A stretch of 64,000 nt of DNA. Source: Octopus vulgaris. Its lineage: Eukaryota. The translations under genes and the position numbers were made by a program. This document shows positions 50,707 through 64,000 of the stretch, piece after piece. The notes beneath the pieces were generated by a model. That model worked only from the letters and a program-made list of their open reading frames with translations, was not told where the DNA came from and made no database searches. The stretch covers positions 13,268,001 through 13,332,000 of the forward strand of contig OX597841.1 in the NCBI GenBank assembly GCA_951406725.2. Reading direction: 5' to 3'. The stretch's first letter is position 1. Every line of letters starts with the position of its first letter.

Positions 50707-52349
50707 ATATATATATATAGCTTCTAAGCTGAAGTGAAAACAGCATGTTCTTTGTCTATCCCCTTACCTTCTTGGAGGTTTTAGGTAAAATTATACTAAT
50801 GTGTCCATCTGTTTTAATTTTATTTAATTCTATGTCTTTATGCACTGAGGATTGCTCTGCATTTAAATTGATGTAATGGTTGCATTATTCAATTAATTGG
50901 AGTTGCTTGAAACGATTGTACTGCATTACCTCTGGATATCCTTATTGCTTATTTTGATTTTAATCACCTGATTTTGAAACTGTATGGATAATACTTGTAC
51001 TAAATTCTGGTGCCTCAATCTAAGTACCATATTCATCTGAATCTAAATTGTTTTTACCCAGTTATTTATTACTTGTGGTGACCTTCACCTCAGATGGGTT
51101 GAGCTGGTTTTGACCAACGAGTTCACCACATTCGATCGCCAGTCAGCCCCAACGACCCAGAGCAGGCTAAGTAATGCTTGTGCCAGTGGCCCAAAAGTCC
51201 AGCTTGTGAGATTGACAAATGTCGCACTGGGAGAGCAAAGGATGGCACAGAGGCCACAGCCGTCGTTTATTGTTGAGGTGTGGAGTTCACCTTTAGTGTT
51301 TCAATGAGAATACCAGTTCACATGTGGTCTCCAGTCACATGACCAGGATGGCTGTGTGATTAAGAAATTTTCATCTCAATTACACTGTTTCAGGTTACAA
51401 TCTCAACCGGTAAGGCCCTTTAGCAAGTGTCTTGTATGACACCCCCATCCCCTGGCATCTGCACTGACCATTGTGGCACTGTGTGGGACAATTTGATACT
51501 GTGAGGGATTTGTTGGTTGCTAATTGCAGAATCTTAGCACACAATGCGGTCTCCAGTGGCAGCCTAGCAGACTGAGGCACCCCATGGAGGCAGCTGTTAA
51601 AGAATTTTCTTCCACATGGTCTTCTGCCAACAGCAATATTTGCGAACTAGAATAGAAGAGAATCTATGTGGCCACTTGACTTGCTAGAAATAACAGCTAA
51701 ATTCCTTCCAGTTGCATCCCTATTGCATCCCCTTAAGTCAGGAATAGACCATGTTGCTAACATACTTTTTGCTGGGATGGTCGTAACTGGAACACTTTTG
51801 AATTTATGTCCATCTTATAAGGGTTAATCTGGGGCTAAACAGCAATGACAAGAACAAGGAAGGACACATTGGACAATGTAGTCCTAGATATACTATGCGT
51901 GGATAAAAGATGTGTTGGGCATGGCTGGAACTACTTTGATAAGAGGTCAAACTGATGAATCTGTAATGTGTCAGTTGGTGAGGCATGGCTTATCTTACGC
52001 CTCTCTCTCTCACACACACGTTTACATGAATACACACACACACACACACACACACATCATCGTCGTTTAACGTCCGAGTGCCAGTAAAGCGATGCTGGTA
52101 ACGATCCCACTATACCATGTATTCATGCACATTGCCACATTTGCACAAACACAAATGCATGAATAAAAATAAGGTGTGGCCGTGTGGTAAGAAGCTAGCT
52201 TCCCAACCACATGGCTCTGTGTTCAGTCCCTACTGCTTGGCACCTTGGGTAAGTGTTTTCTTCTCTATCCTTGGACCGACCAAAGCTTTGTGAGGGAGTT
52301 TGGTCGATGGAAACTGAAAAATGCCCATCATGCTTGACTGCTAAATCCA

Positions 52350-52507
52350 CAAGTTTTATTCTCTCTCTGTTTATTTCCTCAAATTCCTTTCTGTTGAAGA
52401 GCACATGCTCGAAACATCAACGACCTTTCTCACTTTCCTGAGTCTCAGACTAATACACCTGCCTGTGGTTCATACACCTGTCTTTGTCTTGTTTTTCTGT
52501 AAATTTC

Positions 52508-52510
<3 letters not shown>
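52350..52510 (+). mobile_element. Penelope-type short repeat with variant hammerhead-like motif (52387-52422)
   Basis: CTTT-CTGTTGA-A-GAGC(ACAT)GCTC-GAAA-CATC-AACG; ends in (TA)n. Confidence 0.5.
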
Positions 52511-52557
<47 letters not shown>

Positions 52558-52942
52558 TACTCTTTTACTTGTTTCAGTCATTTGACTGCGGCCATGCTGA
52601 AGCACCACCTTTAGTCGAGCAAATCGACCCCGGGATTTATTCTTTGTAAGCCCAGTACTTATTCTATCGGCCTCTTTTTGCCGAACCGCTAAGTGACGGT
52701 GACGTAAACACACCAGCATCGGTTGTCAAGCAATGCTAGGGGGACAAACACAGACACACAAACACACACACACGCATATACATATATACGACATGCTTCT
52801 TTCAGTTTCCATCTACCAAATCCACTCACAAGGCATTGGTCGGCCTGGGGCTATAGCAGAGGACACTTGCCCAAGATGCCATGCAGTGGGACTGAACCCG
52901 GAACCATGTGGTTGGTTAGCAAGCTACTTACCACACAGCCAC
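52558..52942 (-). mobile_element. SINE family A, young copy
   Basis: Close reverse match to 20710-21107. Confidence 0.9.
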
Positions 52943-53872
52943 TCACACATACATACATACAGATTGTCATTGATTTACAACCAGCCACAATTGGTTCCGA
53001 CTGACTGGTCATCGGTCGTTTTGGTCTTAGGTGGGCTTATAGGTCTACATAGCTTTGTTTTATATTTTTACATTCTTAAGGTACATTCTCAGGTCAGTCA
53101 CACCCAGTATTCTGTTTTATACTATTCTATTGGTGTTAGTCAAAAAATTTCGGTGTCTCAAGCAGTTTTCTTATAAACAAATACGAGGTTGCCTCCTTGA
53201 TGTCTCCATGACAGAATAGTTGTCCAACACAGTGGCAATTGATAACCAAACCTAGGGCCCGAGGCTATAAAAGACACTTGCCTGAGGTGCCACGCAGTGG
53301 GACTGAACCTGGAACTATGTGGTTGGGAAGTAAGCTTCTTACCACATGATATAGATTATCATACTGTTCTCTGTATACACACACACTCACCCCTTTATTT
53401 TTTTACTTGTTTTAATCTTTAAACTGTGGCCATGCTGGAACACTAGGCTTTTGTTGGCCTAGGGCTATAGTAGAAGACACTTGCCCAAAAGGCCATGCAG
53501 TTGGACTGGGCCCAAAACCAAGGGTTTCTGGGTCCAGAAGGAAGCAAGGGTCAATTATTACGTGGGACCGAACAACCAAGGGAGATAATAGTGAGCATGT
53601 TTTCCTTATCAAGTCTCATCAGTGGAAGTATATTTCTTCACCATTTTTCATCCTGGTGCTGCAGCAACAAGCTGGAGGCTGGATATAGAATGTTTATGAA
53701 ACACTTTGGATGGCGCCGTTGGTATCTGAGATTAATAGCCTGGCTCTGCTGCCTCTCTGACTCGGCTGTGATTCAGAATACAGTGAGCCTACTGTATGTA
53801 CGTGCGTGTATGTGTGTGTGTGTGTACATACGTCTACATCAGAGTATATATATAGTCTACATTTTCTGCAAG

Positions 53873-53912
<40 letters not shown>

Positions 53913-53959
53913 ACATTTTGTGCGTGTATGTATATATATATATATATATATAGGCTACA

Positions 53960-53961
53960 TC

Positions 53962-54047
<86 letters not shown>

Positions 54048-54052
54048 TGTGT

Positions 54053-54110
<58 letters not shown>

Positions 54111-54205
54111 GTGTGTGTATGTATGTGTGTGTGTGTATGTATATATGTGTGTGTGTGTATGTATATATGTGTGTGTGTGTGTGTGTATATATGTGTGTGT
54201 GTGTA

Positions 54206-54239
<34 letters not shown>

Positions 54240-54385
54240 TGTGTGTGTGTGTGTATATATATGTGTGTGTGTGTGTGTGTATATATATGTGTGTGTGTGT
54301 GTGTGTATATATATATGTGTGTGTGTGTGTATATATATGTGTGTGTGTGTATGTATATATATATATGTGTGTGTATGTATATTTA
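53960..54385. repeat. (GT)n/(AT)n compound microsatellite
   Basis: Direct inspection. Confidence 0.95.
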
Positions 54386-54715
54386 TAGCAAGTATTCAGC
54401 ATGTATATATAATATACATGCATTATAGTATGTGGGTATATATAGTCTGAGTGTGTGTATATGTGTGTAATGTACACCATGCGTATATGTAGGAGTATAT
54501 ATAGTCTTACTGTGTATTTATGGCAAGTGTATTCATCTGATACAAGTATGTCTGTGTGTCCCTGTGGATGGGTGTATACGTGCGTGTATAAACAGGCTGT
54601 TTAAAATGTAAGTGCGCGCGTGTGTGTATATAAGTTTAAATTCAATCTGCTGTATGTATTGGGTCAGTGTGTGTGTAGAGTCTAATGCATGTTCTCTCCC
54701 TCTTTGTCTGAATGG

Positions 54716-54747
<32 letters not shown>

Positions 54748-55619
54748 TTGTGTGTATGTATATATATATGTGTGTATGTATATATATATATGTGTGTGTT
54801 TGTGTGTGTATGTATATATATATGTATGTGTTTGTGTGTATGTATATATATATGTGTGTATGTATATATATATATATGTGTGTTTGTGTGTGTATGTATA
54901 TATATATGTATGTGTTTGTGTGTGTGTGTGTATATAATCTGTTTACTCTGTTGTCTCTCTTTTCTCTTTCCCTCTCTCATTCCTTCTGTATCTCATTCTC
55001 TCATCCCCCTCTCATTCTCTGTCTCTCCCTCTCTCCTTGATTCTTTATACCCCCCTCTCTCTCTCTCTCATTCCTCTTTCTCACCCTCTGTCTCTCTCTC
55101 TCCTCCTCTCCTTCTACCCCCTTCCTCTCCTCAGCTCATTCTCTTACAGTCGTGTCTTTCTGCAGATGTGTTTATATATCCTGGTTGTGTATAGACAATG
55201 TTCAATGTATAACCTGTGTGTAGATATACATGTGTGTGTGTGTGTATATATATATATACACATACGTGTGTGTGTATATATGCGAGCGTGAGTGTAAATA
55301 TATATTCACGTGTGTACATATATGCGTGTAATTGTGTGTATATATGCATACGTGTGTATATATACATGTGTGTGTGTGTGTGTGAGTGTGGTAATGGTGT
55401 GATGAGTGCAAGCTGTTGTAAGTTCTGTGTGTGTGCATGTGTGTGTGTGTTTCTCACTGGATGTGTGTGTGTGTGTACGTGTAAGCCCAATATGTTGTTG
55501 AGGAGTCAGAAATTCCATGTAAATTCTTCGATGGTTCCTTATCTCTTCTGGGACATTTCTGTGAGCAGGTCAGCCTGTCTGTGCGTCTCTTGTCTGCGGA
55601 CATGGCTTCTGGTGCGAGT

Positions 55620-56035
55620 GTGAGTGTCTGTCTGTATATACCTCAGTGTCTGTGTGTGTGTGTGTGTGTGTGTATGCCTCGGTGTGTGTGTGTGTGTGTG
55701 TGTGTATACCTGCCTGCCAGTGTGTGTGTGTATGCCTCGGTGTGTGTGTGTGTGTATGCCTCAGTGTGTGTGTGTGTGTGTGTGTACCTGCCTGCCTGCC
55801 AGTGTGTGTGTATATGCCTCAGTGTGTCTGTGTATATGCCTCGGTGTGTGTGTGTACCTGCCTGCCAGTGTGTGTGTGTGTATGCCTCTGTGTGTGTGTG
55901 TGTACCTGCCTGCCTGCCTGCCAGTGTGTGTGTATATGCCTCGGTGTGTGTGTGTGTGTACCTGCCTGCCAGTGTGTGTGTGTGTATATGCCTCGGTGTG
56001 TGTGTGTGTACCTGCCTGCCAGTGTGTGTGTGCTG
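55620..56035. repeat. (GT)n-based minisatellite with TATGCCTCRG and TACCTGCCTGCCA spacers
   Basis: Direct inspection. Confidence 0.9.
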
Positions 56036-56881
56036 TCGGTGTCTGTCTCATCTTACCAGTTGCACATACTATTAACCAACTGGACTACATAAACACCAGA
56101 CTAATCATTTCATTCTTGTGTGATTAGGTGGTGGTGGTGGTAGTCATGGCAATGCCTGTGGTAGATGGTGGTGGTGGTGTGTGTGTTTGGTAATGACGGA
56201 TAATAGTGGTGGTTTTGGCAGTAGTGGTGATGGTGATGGCTGTGCAGTCAACGTCCGATTTCCATGCTGACATGGTTGGGTGGTTTGACCCAGGGCTGGT
56301 AGTTCTGTAGACTGCGCCAATCTCTGCTGTCTGCTCTGGCATGGTTTCTATGGCTGGATGTTCCTTCGTGATGCCAACCACTTTACAGAGTGGAGAGGGA
56401 GCTTTTTTACATGGCACCAGCACTGGTGGGGTCACCAAAAAACTTACAGGACAAGATCTCTCGACTGCAGAGGGAGCCGACAGCCTTGTACCAGCTGATG
56501 GAGGAGATTTTAACCTTTTAGCATTCAAACGGGCCCTAATCGGGGCCCAATATATTCTACTTTTTTAATGTTCAAATTGGCTGGATCTGGTCCCTCACAC
56601 CTATCCTACAATGTCATTCTAAAAACAAATTTTGAAGCTATGAAATAATGCTTGATTAATTCAAAACATCGTGAATAAATAAGCATTGTAATTAACTGAA
56701 TAATCTGAATGCTAAGGGGCTGAAACCGATTTTCAACCAGGGGTCCATGTGACCCTTAAGAAATCATTTACGATTTTGTTAAATTTAGACGCAATAACTT
56801 GGTTTTATACTTCTATAATACTCAGAGTATTTTAATTTTTTTAAAAACAATTACCAAACTGAAAGAAGCCTGTCGTATTGA

Positions 56882-57255
56882 AGTGGCTGTGTGGTAAGTA
56901 GCTTGTTTACCAACCACATGGTTCCGGGTTCAGTCCCACTGTGTGGCACCTTGGGCAAGTGTCTTCTGCTATAGCCCCGGGCCGACTAAAGTTTTGTGAG
57001 TGGATTTGGTAGACGGAAACTGAAAGAAGCCCTTCGTATATATGTATGTGTGCGTGTATGTTTGTGTTTGTCCCCCTAGCATTGCTTGACAACCGATGCT
57101 GGTGTGTTTATGTCCCCGTCACTTAGCGGTTCAGCAAAAAAGACTGATAGAATAAGTACTGGGCTTACAAAGAATAAGTCCTGGTGTCGAGTTGCTCGAT
57201 TAAAGGCGGTGCTCCAGCATGGCCGCAGTCAAATGACTGAAACAAGTAAAAGAGT
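56882..57255 (+). mobile_element. SINE family A
   Basis: Full-length match. Confidence 0.9.
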
Positions 57256-58155
57256 ATAATATTTAACTATAAAAATGAGATTTTTTAAAAACATTGAATG
57301 GTTATAAGGGTCCACCCAGGTAAAATAATAATCAAAGGGGTTCATAAGCAAAAAATCGTTAAGGCAGGGGTTCTCAACTGGGGTCCATATGGCTTTTAGA
57401 ATTTTAATTATACTTCTACAATGCACAAAATATTTTAACTGTTTTTGTTGTAGGCGCAGGAGTGGCTGGGTGGTAAGTAGCTTGCTTCCCAACCACAGGG
57501 TTTCCCCCTCCCTCTCTCTCTCTCCCCCCTCTCTCCCTCCCTCCCTCTCTCCCTCCCTCTCTCTCTCCCTTCTCTCTCTCCTCTCTCTCTCCCCCTTCTC
57601 CCTCTCCCTCCCCTCCCCCTCTATCCATCCCCCTCTCTCTCTGTCTCCCCTCCCTCTCTCTCTTTCCATTTCTCTCTTTTCCAACTAAGGCAGCCATTTA
57701 TCTCCTCTACTGCAAGTCACCCATTTCTGTTCCTCTGATCAGACTTGAACCTCCCAACACCTCACTCGAAGCCATCTCTTTCAATACCTGTTCCCTTCCT
57801 CAGTTGAAGAATTTTTGCCTTGCCACTTACCTAGTGACCCCCACCGTTGCTGGTGTCACATTAAAATCACCCCCTGTCCACTCTGTAAAGCGGTTGACAA
57901 TAAGAAAGGCATTCAGCCGTAAAAACCATGTCAAATCCGACAGTGGAGCATGGTGCCGTCATCTGGCTTCCCAGCTCCTGTCAAACCATCCAACTCCTGC
58001 CTGCATGGACTGAGGACGTCAAATGACGGTAATAGTAACTGGACATGTTTGTTTTCTTTTTTTATGTTTCTGCCTGTATGTGTACCTATGTATTTATATG
58101 TGTGCGTTTCTGTGTGTGTATATATTTCTTTCTGGGGTGGTATACCATATTTTAA

Positions 58156-58572
58156 GGCGGCGAACTGGCAGAATTGTTAGCACGTCAGGAGAAATGCTAA
58201 GCAGTATTTTGTCTGTCGCTACGTTCTGAGTTCAAATTCCGCCAAGGTCGACTTTGCCTTTCATCCTTTCAGGGTCGATTAAATAAGTACCAGTTACGCA
58301 CTGGGGTTGATGTAATCGACTTAATCCATTTGTCTGTCCTTGTTTGTCCCCTCTGTGTTTAGCCCCTTGTGGGTAGTAAAGAAATAGGTATTTCATCTGC
58401 TGCTATGTTCTGAGTTCAAATTCCGCCAAGGTCGACTTTGCCTTTCATCCTTTCAGGGTCGATTAAATAAGTACCAGTTACGCACTGGGGTCGATGTAAT
58501 CGACTTAATCTGTTTGTCTGTCCTTGTTTGGCCCCTCTGTGTTTAGCCCCTTGTGGGTAGTAAAGAAATAGG
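58156..58572 (+). mobile_element. SINE family B, body-duplicated form
   Basis: One head plus two ~185-bp bodies. 17-bp TSD GGTATACCATATTTTAA (58139-58155) / GGTATACGATATTTTAA (58571-58587). Confidence 0.9.
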
Positions 58573-58760
58573 TATACGATATTTTAATGTGTATAAGGAA
58601 CCTTTTTTTGTTTCTTATACATGGAGAGTATTGTAATCCCTTACAAAACCTCTTTCCCAAATTTTAAGCCCCAAAGATTAGGGGCTTTCCTTAAACACGC
58701 TGAAACATGGTATATGTCTGTGTATGTATCTCTCCTCTGTGTTTTGGTGTGATCTGTATA

Positions 58761-58983
58761 AGAGAGAGGGTGATGGAGAGAGGAGAGCAACTGGCTGGCA
58801 GACAGAGAGAGGGTGATGGAGAGAGGAGAGCAACTGGCTGGCAGACAGAGAGAGGGCGATGGAGAGAGGAGAGCAACTGGCTGGCAGACAGAGAGAGGGT
58901 GATGGAGAGAGGAGAGCAACTGGCTGGCAGACAGAGAGAGGGCGATGGAGAGAGGAGAGCAACTGGCTGGCAGACAGAGAGAG
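58761..58983. repeat. 43-bp minisatellite, 5 units
   Basis: AGAGAGAGGG(T/C)GATGGAGAGAGGAGAGCAACTGGCTGGCAGAC. Confidence 0.95.
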
Positions 58984-59500
58984 AAAAAGAAAGAAAGAAG
59001 AGCATAGGTAGTGGGGGGGGGGGGGGAAGAAGAAAGCGTCTTTCAGTTGGCACTTTTTTTTCCTTATTTAAGCAACATCCTGTTTTTAGCTGGCTTTACA
59101 CCTCTGGCCTCACACACACACACACACACTTCTCTCTGTCCAGCTGCCCTGCTTCTCCCCACTCATCCTTCTCTCTTGTCATTGATACTTCTCATACAGT
59201 CTCTCTCTCTCTCTCTCTCTCCAACATCTTCTCTTTCTGTCCTTCTCACTCCACTTATAGCTCTACCTTCACCTCTTCCTGACATTCACACCTCTCTCTC
59301 TCTCTCTCTCACACTCAACATTCTTTCTCTCTCTTCCCCTCACACTCAACATTTTTCTCTCTCATACTCGCTCTTTGAACTGTTTTCTCTCTCTCTACCA
59401 ACACTGTCTATGTCTCTCTCTCTCTCTCTCTCCTAACTCTGTCTCTCTCTCTCTTCCAACCCTGCCTCTCTCTCTTTCAACTCTGTCTCTCTCTTCCAAC

Positions 59501-59537
<37 letters not shown>

Positions 59538-59930
59538 TCCAAGTTTGTCTTTCCAACTGTCTCTCTGTCTGTCTTGTTCTAACTCTCTCTCTCTCTCTCC
59601 AGCTCTGCTTCTCCCTCCCTCTCTCCCTCTCCAACTCTCTCCCCTTCGTCTGCACCACCACCACCACCACCACTACCCTCTACCCCCATTCCTTGTCGGG
59701 TATTACATTAAACACCATCTTTTATAGTTCTAATAAATATTACACCAAAACCACAACAGCCACCCTCACCACCACCACCACCATCATAAATTAACACCAT
59801 CTTCGTTACCACCACCACTTAAGAGGCTTGACTAGAATCCTCAGTAATTGAATATTTTTCTGTGCCCGCCTTTTTTTTTCTTGGTTTTTCTTCTTCCTGT
59901 TAAGTTTAAAAGAAATACTCTTTGTGTGTG

Positions 59931-59975
<45 letters not shown>

Positions 59976-60021
59976 TGCACATATATGCATATTTCCACTC
60001 ATAAAAAAATATGTATATAAA

Positions 60022-60063
<42 letters not shown>

Positions 60064-60261
60064 TGCATAAAATGTGTATATGGGTGGGTGTGTATGCATA
60101 TATATACATACACACATACACTCACTTTTTATTCTTTACACATTTGTCATTTGACTGTGGCCATGCTAGAGCACCGCCTTTAGTTGAGCAAATCGATCCC
60201 AGGACTTATACTTTCTAAGCCTAACACTTATTCTATCAGAATGTTGGATGACTACCTTGTT

Positions 60262-60324
<63 letters not shown>

Positions 60325-60809
60325 CTATCTATATATATATATATGCTCATATGCGAGTGAGGTTGTTTGGAATATTTGTCAGAATGTATTTAATTTCATT
60401 GCTCTACATTCTGGGTTCAAATCCCACCAACAGTAGATTTGCTGTTATATTTTGTTAACCCTGATAATGTGAAAGGCCGTCAAGTACTGTGGGTTGTTTT
60501 GATTGCCTGCCTCCTCCCCTTCCTCCTCCTCCTCCTCCTCTAACCTTCTTCCTAAGTCAGAAATACTGTTGTTGTTGTTGTCGTTAAGGTGCTAAGCTGG
60601 CAGAATCTTTGGCTCATCAGACATAATGCTTAATAGATTTCTTCTGAGTTTAAATGTCTTTTCTTGTTGCCTTTCATACGTTGGTAGAGGTTAATGAAAT
60701 AAGTACCAGGTGTGTACTGGGGGTTGACATACTCAACTAACACCCCACTTCCCCAGAATTTCAACTCTTGTGCTTGTACTAGAAAAGGTTATTGTTGTTG
60801 TTATTATTT

Positions 60810-61178
60810 TTATTATTATTATTATTATTATTGAGTGAGAGAGCAGTGCATGCCATCAAAGTGACACCGGGGTAAAATATACGAAGCCCAATATACCCAT
60901 CATGACTACCCGTCTGATAAGGGTACACCAGGCACATGCATCACAACCATATGTGCGTGATATGTTGATCTCATATCAATATAAACAGCACATGACCTTG
61001 CAGGTGGGGGCCCCAGTTAGAATTTTCTTCAGGTCAAGTAACCCATCCCACTCAAAAGGTCCCTGAATAAGGGTTGTTTAAGGTTGTTGAACGAACTACC
61101 CATGTTTCCAGAGGTGAACTATTCAAACCCCAAAGAATCCCTCTCAACATATGGCTATGATGACCCCCCCCCCCCCAC
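60810..61178 (-). mobile_element. Probable non-LTR retroelement 3' end or SINE with (AAT)n tail (Dong/R4-like targeting)
   Basis: Complex sequence ending sharply at CTCTCTCACTC(AAT)n on the minus strand, inside the (ATT)n tail of a family B SINE. Family assignment is inference. Confidence 0.4.
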
Positions 61179-62059
61179 TTATTAGTTTTGTTATGTGAGG
61201 GTGGTGTGCTGACGGAATCGTTAATACAACGGGGTGAAATTCCTTGTGGCATTTCATCTGTATTTACATTCTGAGTTCAAATTTCGCCAGGGTTGACTTT
61301 GCCTTTCATCCTTTCAAGATTGATGGAATAAGTACCAGTTACATACTGGGGTTTGATGTAGTCAACAATCCCCCTCTCCCCAAATTTCAGGCCTTGTGCC
61401 TATAGCAGAAAGGATTATTATTATTAAGAGAAACAGGAGGCGAATATACATGTGTTCTTTGAAGGAATGTATTTGAAATGAGTGAATTTGCTGGTGGAAG
61501 GTGGTGGGGAGACTGTGTGGAAGCTCGTGTGTGTGTGTGCATATATATCATCATCATTATTATTATTATTGTGTCTGTGTGTGTTTGCCTGTCATTTGTT
61601 CTTTTCCTTACTGTTTGACGACTGGTGTTGGTTTGTTTACATCCCTGTAACCTAGCAGCTTGACAAAAGAGATCGATAAAGTGCCAGACTTAAAAAATAC
61701 TTGGGTTCGATATTGTTTGATTGTAACTGTGCATGAGACAGTGCTCCAGCAGGGCCACTGTCCAAGGATAAACAGGTAAAAGAATAGGGGTTAGTATTCT
61801 GCTTGTCGCAGTGTTGGTGCGGTCAAGAGTTCAAAAGTGGACATTCAATGGGTCTATGTTGTCCCTTGTGATCTTCTTGAAGGTGGTGGTGGGGGGTTGG
61901 CAATTTGAAGTGATCTGGCTGTTGTTTCTAGCAGGTTGAGAAACCATGGACAGACTGCTTCTCCAGGAGACGGAAGAGGGAGCGAGAGATCAATAATGAC
62001 CGTTTCAATTACATTAAAATATGCTTAATTCATACAAACACACACACACACACACACAT

Positions 62060-62499
62060 GTATTTTCTCTCTCTCTCTCTCTGTTTTTCTTTGTCTCTCC
62101 ATCTCTCTCTCGCCATCTCTTTTTCTCTCTCTCTCTCTCCATCTCTCTCTCTCCATCTCTCTCTCGCCATCTCTTTCTCTCTCTCTCTCTCTCCATCTCT
62201 CTCTCGCCATCTCTTTCTCTCTCTCTCTCTCTCCATCTCTCTCGCCATCTCTTTCTCTCTCTCTCTCTCCATCTCTCTCTCTCTCCATCTCTCTCTCTCC
62301 ATCTCTCCATCTCTCTCGCCATCTCTTTCTCTCTATCTCTCTCTCCATCTCTCTATCTCTCTCTCTCCATCCATCTCTCTCTCTCTCCATCTCTCTCTCT
62401 CCATCTCTCTCTCTCCATCTCTCTCTCTCTCCATCTCTCCCTCTCTCCATCTCTCCCTCTCTCCATCTCTCCCTCTCTCCATCTCTCCCTCTCTCTCTC

Positions 62500-62544
<45 letters not shown>

Positions 62545-62567
62545 TCTCCATCTCTCTCTCTCTCTTT
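62060..62567. repeat. (CT)n/CCAT compound microsatellite
   Basis: Direct inspection. Confidence 0.95.
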
Positions 62568-63375
62568 CATATTCTCTGATTACAGAAGTTCAAAGGAAAC
62601 ATAATATTTATTTTTCTAATTTGTTTTATTTCAAACAATTTAAATCCTATTTTTCTTCTAAATATTTCTTTTTTTTGTTTTCTATCTTTCATCTAATTTA
62701 AAAACCTTTAAAAAAAGTTTCCTGAAACAAACAAAAAAACCCATCTTCAAAATATTTCTTGAAATTTTTCATCCCCTCCCCAATCTTTCCAAAAAATCTG
62801 TCAAAAAAATTTGTTTGCATTTTATTTTATCCAATTATATCTTGTTTTTCTACTTGTTATAAAAACGGTTTTAGTTTGTTTAACAAAAAAAGAAAATCCT
62901 TAAGCAAACAGAAAAAACTCTTCCTACAGAATTAATTTGAATAATTAAATTAAAGCAAGTCCAGATGTGTGGTTAAGAAGCTTGTTTTGCAATTACAATG
63001 TTTTGTGTTCAGTCCCAGAGCATGGCAACTTCATCAAGGAGTGTCTCCATTTGTAGCTCCAGACTGCGAGTGAATTTGATAGAAGAACATCGTGTATGAG
63101 TGGATTTAGTGGATGCAAATTGGTGACCCTTTGTGTGTCTGTGTGTCTCTCTCTTTGTCTTGATATTTTGTGATAGTTGTGAACAAGTGTCGCTGTTGAA
63201 CAAGCAGTGTCAGTCATTTCTGATATTCTGTGAGAACATGTTTGGTCAAGGGGAAATATCACCTTGCTTGGAAACAGGTGAGGATTGGTGACAGGCAAGG
63301 CATCCAGTCACTGAAAATCTGCCTCAAACTGTCAAACCCATGCAAGCATGGAAAAGTGGATATTAAATGATGGCA

Positions 63376-63410
<35 letters not shown>

Positions 63411-63733
63411 ATGTACTATATCTACCAGATCTAGTTACCATGTAGTGGTCTCCCTCATTGGCTCATACATACATATATACATACATAAGACATCATCATC
63501 ATCACTTTAACGTCCGCTTTCCATGCTAGCATGGGTTGGACAATTTGACTGAGGTCTGGTGAACCAGATGGCTGCACCCTGCTGGATGCCCTTCCTAACA
63601 CAACCCATCCTGAGATTGTAGTGGGTGCTTTTACATACCACTGGTACGAGGGTCAGTCAGGCAGTACTGGCAACGGCCATCCCCAAATGGTGCTTTTTAT
63701 GTGCCACCTGCACAGGAGCCAGTCCAGTGGCAG

Positions 63734-64000
63734 GGTGTAATTTGAGGGAGATTTGGCTGCTATTTCTACCAGATCTAGTTACCATGTAGAGGTCTCCTTC
63801 ATTGGCTCATACATATATATATATACATAGAATAGAGAGTAAGGTGTAATTTGAGGGAGATTTGGCTGCTATTTCTACCAGATCTAGCTACCATGTAGAG
63901 GTCTCGCTCATTGGCTCATACATACATATATACATAGAATAAGAGAGTAAGGTGTGAATTTGAGGGAGATTTGGCTGCTATTTCTACCAGATCTAGCTAC
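63734..64000 (+). repeat. ~108-bp tandem repeat running off the window end
   Basis: GGTGTAATTTGAGGGAGATTTGGCTGCTATTTCTACCAGATCTAG units at 63734, 63843 and 63951; partial at ~63415-63490. Dispersed monomers near 4915, 5430, 5583, 33310, 49960, 61905. Confidence 0.85.

Noticed and set aside
51080-51330. GC-richer island as exon or solo LTR
   Set aside because: No recognisable peptide, TG..CA ends or TSD found.
53806-56127. Cys/Val-rich ORFs (metallothionein- or keratin-like)
   Set aside because: (GT)n microsatellite translations.

Overview
Repeat-dense, AT-rich eukaryotic DNA with no intact protein-coding gene, rRNA or tRNA that I can support. The SINE families and microsatellite load suggest an octopus (coleoid cephalopod) genome; this is inference from repeat content. 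The window is a mosaic of three very abundant SINE families, several rarer SINEs, non-autonomous DNA transposons (hAT, piggyBac-like, mariner, Tigger-like, Helitron), decayed CR1/RTE LINE and Gypsy pol fragments, satellites, microsatellites and one 100-N gap. All long ORFs come from repeats. Highlights: (1) five hammerhead-ribozyme-like motifs in three small repeat families, one downstream of a tRNA-like Pol III head (a SINE/retrozyme hybrid, 34063-34299); (2) a textbook recursive-splice motif, polypyrimidine-CAG|GTAAGT, at 39355, suggesting the window lies in a giant + strand intron; (3) an 88-bp near-perfect hairpin at 38641-38825; (4) a 1.3-kb 24-bp minisatellite grown inside a hAT element with a perfect 8-bp TSD. 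Coordinates were read by eye; diffuse repeat edges are approximate.
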